NCBI GenBank assembly: GCA_003568945.1
Contig: BDIP01000073.1
Span: 1 to 33,600 of the forward strand
Direction of reading: 5' to 3'
Origin: Kipferlia bialata
Lineage: Eukaryota
Length of the DNA stretch: 33,600 nucleotides
This document shows, piece after piece, positions 32,265-33,600 of the stretch. Every line of letters starts with the position of its first letter. Position 1 is the stretch's first letter. The notes beneath the pieces are model-generated. The model was not told the DNA's origin and did not search any database. It saw only the letters and a list, made by a program, of their open reading frames with translations. Made by a program: the position numbers and the translations under genes.

Positions 32265-33374
32265 CATATGATAAGAAATATAGAGGGGGGGGGGGGGATG
32301 ATAGAGAGACCCAACCTGTTCCCCTGATCCTTCTGCCCATACCACTCTCCCCCAGATATATATACTCACTGTGATAGAGAGAGAGATAGTCCCATTCCCG
32401 TGCCCCTGCTTCTTCTGCCCATACCATCTCCCCACTTACTATAGACATACTCAATGTGATAGAGAGAGAAATATATATTGTCCCATACCTGTGCCCCTGC
32501 TCCTTCTGCCTATATACATATATCTATATATATGTATTCATGATAACATACATACAGGGGGGATGATAGAGAGATACTGGTACCTATGCCCCTGCTCCTT
32601 CTGCTAATATGCATATACTTATATATATGATAACATATATATAAGACAAAACAAAACATATATATAACAATATGATTACATATATAGACCCCTACCTGTG
32701 CCCCTGCTCCTTCTGCTTGGCCGCTGCCTTTGTGGCCTCGAGCTCTGCCTTGACCGCATCCAGCATCTCCCGGCCCTTCTTCTCACTGTGCCGCAGGGCC
32801 TCACTCTGCCTCCTGCCTGTACATCAGTATGTATATATATATATATATATATATATCAGTATCAGTATGTATAATAGTCAGTGGTGTCAGTAGTGTCAGT
32901 GTCAGTATCTATACCAGTAGCACTATCAGGGCCTCGCTCTGCCTCCTGCCTGTACATCAGTCTATCTATATATCTATCTATATATATATCTATATATACC
33001 AGTAGTATCTATATGCCTGTACATCAGTGTCTATACCAGTAGTGTCAGTGTCACTATCTATATATACCAGTAGCACCATCAGGAGCAGTGTCAATACCTT
33101 CATCCAGGGCAGCACGCTCGCGCCTCAGCTTCAGGGCCTCCTGCTGCCTCTGGCGGCGGATGCCCTGGGGGTGAGGTATGTATATATATATAGTATAGAG
33201 TATAGTATGCATACATAGTGTCTGATGTGGTGATAACGTATACTGGTGTCGAGGGGGGGTTGGGTAGGAGTACATGTGGGGGGTAGAGCCCGTACCTCTC
33301 TCTCCTTCTCCAGCTGCTGCCGGCCAACCTCCATCTCCCTCTCGAACTTGGCCCACTGCAGTGCCTGCTGCTCC
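30808..33374 (-). CDS. SAS4: Centriole protein SAS-4/CPAP (CENP-J): coiled coil plus C-terminal TCP/G-box domain; 5' part beyond window
   Basis: C-terminal exons RRITFNNGTTKLILP../IANIRFANGDAKRVYPDGRTVYYYADVGTLVTTIENRGLRLYRFPSGQ/VEKHRRDGSKEIFYSDGTTKYIDPEGRERAVFPDGSVQEVTQ* match the CPAP TCP domain (FxNGDxK..PD..VYYY..FxSGQxEK..PDG). Upstream exons are E/R/Q/A-rich coiled coil. Confidence 0.9.
32121..32720 (-). repeat. Seven diverged copies of a SAS-4 exon end plus donor, ~85-110 nt period
   Basis: acctgtgcccctgctccttctgc (minus strand: GCAGAAGGAGCAGGGGCACAG|gt) at ~32123, 32209, 32314, 32398, 32487, 32582 and 32695 (the real exon end). Confidence 0.9.
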
Positions 33375-33600
33375 CTGAGAGGTGAGGAGAGGGGACCGAA
33401 AATACAGACGATATATATATATACTACATACATACTATATATATACATACCAGTGCCTGCTGCACCCTGAGAGGTGAGAAGAACGGACGAATGTATACAT
33501 TATATATATACACTATATATATGCGCCTGCTGCTCCCTGAGAGGTGAGCAACGATGGGGGCGGGGGGGGGGGGGGGGGGAAACGATTTTTGATTTGGGAC

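Noticed and set aside
32121..32720. CRISPR-like array (~25-nt repeats with unique-looking spacers)
   Set aside because: The repeat is a copy of a SAS-4 exon end and donor, the spacers are related low-complexity intron sequence of uneven length, the context is eukaryotic, and there are no cas genes.

Overview
Eukaryotic, gene-dense, intron-rich genomic DNA. Introns are short (~45-200 nt) GT-AG introns whose 3' ends usually read YTNAC-N(2-4)-YAG, with the branch point close to the acceptor. This signature plus bacterial-type anaerobic enzymes suggests a free-living fornicate/metamonad such as Kipferlia (inference only). The supplied ORFs are mostly exon fragments or antisense shadows, so I spliced the genes by hand. 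Left to right: (1) 3' end of a RING E3-ligase gene (+); (2) a giant (>=~3,500 aa, ~55 introns, 5' end missing) Thr/Ser/Val/Gly/Asp-rich beta-repeat protein resembling phage fibre/spike proteins (-); (3) a probable collapsed assembly junction; (4) the 3' part of a SYS1/TMEM244-family gene (+); (5) an orphan 7-transmembrane protein (-); (6) a bacterial-type iron-containing alcohol/butanol dehydrogenase with 14 introns (+); (7) a Lys-rich hypothetical gene (-); (8) a complete 10-exon nitroreductase (+) needing one GG-AG intron; (9) FIP1 (-); (10) a 715-nt N gap; (11) a divergent intron-containing histone H2B (+); (12) a 3-RRM protein with a possible Sm-like N-terminus (+); (13) SAS-4/CPAP (-). 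The most interesting signals are the giant phage-fibre-like protein and repeated tandem duplications of exon/intron boundaries that create candidate micro-exons in SAS-4 and the RRM gene.
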